From assembly GCA_963514005.1 (NCBI GenBank), contig OY740786.1, positions 21,080,001-21,144,000 of the forward strand: a DNA stretch of 64,000 bases, read 5' to 3'. Positions 61,700 to 64,000 of this stretch are shown one piece after another. The translations under genes were made by a program, and so were the position numbers. Under the pieces are notes generated by a model. That model was given only the letters and a program-made list of their open reading frames with translations, was not told where the DNA came from and made no database searches. Origin of the DNA: Raja brachyura (lineage: Eukaryota). The first letter of the stretch is position 1. Every line of letters starts with the position of its first letter.

Positions 61700-63800
61700 T
61701 ATGTAAATTATTTAGTTGGATAATTAACCGGATTTGATAAAGGAACTTGAGGTTAATGAGCCATTAAGAGGTAGTGACCATAACATGGTCAGGTTTAATC
61801 TACAATTGGAGAGAGAGAAGGGTAGATCGGAGGTGTCAGTGTTACAAGTTGAATAAAGGGAACTATGGGGCCATGAGGGAGGAGCTGGCCAAAGTTGACT
61901 GGAAAGATACACTAGCAGGGATGACAGTGGAACAACAATGGCAGGTATTTCTAGGAATAATACAGAAGGTGCAGGATCAGTTCATTCCTAGGAGTTAGAA
62001 AGATTCCTAGGGGAGTAAGGGGCGACCGTGGTTGACAAGGGACATCAGCCTTGAGAAGGCTGAATAAAAGAGAAGTACAAAGTAGCAAAGATGAGCAGGA
62101 AGCAAGAGGATTGGGTAATGTTTAAAGAGCAACAGAAGCTAACTAAAAAGACAATACGGGGAGAAAAGATGAGGTACGAAGGTAAGCTAGCCAAGAATAT
62201 AAAGGAGGATAGTAAAAGCTTCTTTAGGTATGTGAAGAGGAAAAAAGTAGTTAAGACCAAAGTTGGACCCTTGAAGAATCCGAAAAAAGTGAATTTATTA
62301 TGGGAAACAAGGAAATGGCAGATGAGTTGAACAGGTACTTTGGATCTGTCTTCACTAAGGAGGACACAAACAATCTTCCTGATATAGTAGTGGCCAGAGG
62401 ATCTGGGGGGAGGGAGGAACTGAAGGAAACCCACATTAGGCAGGAAATGGTGTTGGGTAGACTGATGGGACTAAAGGCTGATAAATCCCCAGGGCCTGGT
62501 GGTCTGCATCCAAGGGTACTTAAGGAATTGGCTCTAGAAATCATGGATGCATTGGTGATAATTTTCCAACGTTCTATAGACTCAGGATCAGTTCCTGTGC
62601 ATTGGAGGGTAGCTAATGTTATCCCACTTTAAGAAAGGCGGGAGAGTGAAAACAGGGAATTATAGACCAGTTAACCATCAGTGGTGGGGAAGATACTGGA
62701 ATCAATTATAAAAGATTAAATAGCCGCTCATTTGGATAGCAGTAACAGGATCGGTCCGAGTCAGCATGGATTTACGAAGGGGAAATCATGCTTGACTAAT
62801 CTTCTGGAATTTTTTGAGGATGTAACTAGGAAAATGGACAAGGGAGAGTCAGTGGGTGTAGTGTACCTGGACTGTCAGAAAGCATTTGATAAGGTCCCAT
62901 ATAGTTGATCAGTGGGCAAAATTAGGGCAAATGGTATTGGGAGTAGAGTACAGACATGGATAGAAAATTGGTTGGCAGACAGGAAACAAAGAGTAGGGAT
63001 TAACGGGTCCCTTTCAGAATGGCAGGCAGTGACTAGTGGGGTACCGCAAGGCTCGGTGCTGGGACCACAGCTATTTACAATATACATCAATGATTTGGAT
63101 GAAGGGTTTCAAAGTAACATTAGCAATTTTGCAGATGACACAAAGCTGGGTGGCAGTGTGAACTGTGAGGAGGATGCTATGAGAATGCAGTGTGACTTGG
63201 ACAGGTTGTGGGAGTGGGCAGATGCATGGCAGATGAAGTCTAATGCGGATAAATGTGAGGTTATCCACTTTGGTAGCGAAAACAGGAAGGCAGATTACTA
63301 TCTAAATGTCGTCAAGTTGGGAAAAGGGGAAGTACAATGGGATCTGGGGGTCCTTGTTCATCAGTCTATGAAAGTAAGCATGCAGGTACAGCAGGTAGCG
63401 AAGAAAGTGAATGGCATGTTGGCCTTTATAACAAGAGGAGTTGAGTATAGGAGCAAAGAGGTCCTTCTGCAGTTGTACAGAACCCCTGTGAGTATTGTGT
63501 GTAGTTCTGGTCCCCTAATTTGTGGAAGGACATTCTTGCTATTGAGGGAATGCAGCGTGGGTTTACAAGGTTAATTCCCGGGATGGCAGGACTGTCATAT
63601 GCTGAGAGAAGGATGAGAGGGAATCTTATTGAAACATATAAGATTGTTAAGGGTTTGTACACGCTAGAGGCAGGAAACATGTTCCCGATGTTGGGGGAGT
63701 CCAGAACCAGGGGCCCCAGTTTACGAACAAGGGGTAAGCCATTTAGAACGGAGATAAGGAAACACTTTTTCTCACAGAGAGTTGTGAGTCTGTGGAATTG
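61700..63800 (+). mobile_element. CR1 LINE ORF2 (reverse transcriptase), 5'-truncated and frameshifted
   Basis: KSPGPGGLHPRVLKE, WRVANVIPL, VTSGVPQGSVLGPQLFTIYINDLD, FADDTKLGG, FFSQRVVSLWN across several frames. Confidence 0.93.
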
Positions 63801-64000
63801 AACGTGGGATTATATTCAATTTCATATTTTAAATACTGTTTGTACAAGTTAATATATATATACACATGAATCATAATTTACTTCTACTGCAGGTGAATGA
63901 ATAAGGAGGGCCATCATCAGGCTCTTTGCACAATGTGGTTTTCCATTCCTTGAAGATTCTTTATCCCTCTCTCTTTCCTTGATCTTTGTCCTCCAATCTG

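Noticed and set aside
61700-63800. Active reverse transcriptase gene
   Set aside because: 5'-truncated CR1 with multiple frameshifts, stops and deletions.

Overview
Vertebrate genomic DNA, most likely from a cartilaginous fish such as a skate or ray (inferred from the repeat families). It covers the head-to-head ARHGEF7/ANKRD10 locus. ARHGEF7 coding exon 1 is on the minus strand (5302-5466). A five-exon ANKRD10 CDS is on the plus strand (10875-54928, 942 nt, 313 aa). The rest is intron or intergenic DNA rich in CR1 and Rex1/Babar LINE fragments, tRNA-SINEs, old Deu-domain SINEs, a Tc1, an ISL2EU-like element and an internally deleted HERO element. The most notable observations are: (1) a frameshifted TLR7 ectodomain/transmembrane fragment inside a PIF/Harbinger element with TIRs and a TTA target duplication (possible gene-capturing 'Pack' transposon); (2) a short Penelope-like retroelement family carrying minimal hammerhead-ribozyme motifs, several copies with target-site duplications; (3) ANKRD10 exon 5 has TT instead of GT where the mammalian internal donor is recalled to lie, which implies a read-through C-terminus; (4) candidate poison/NMD exons in a TE-poor stretch of ANKRD10 intron 3; (5) two long near-perfect hairpins; (6) a GC-box minisatellite and a split, duplicated promoter segment between the two genes. 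Family and orthologue assignments rest on recalled sequences, not database searches.
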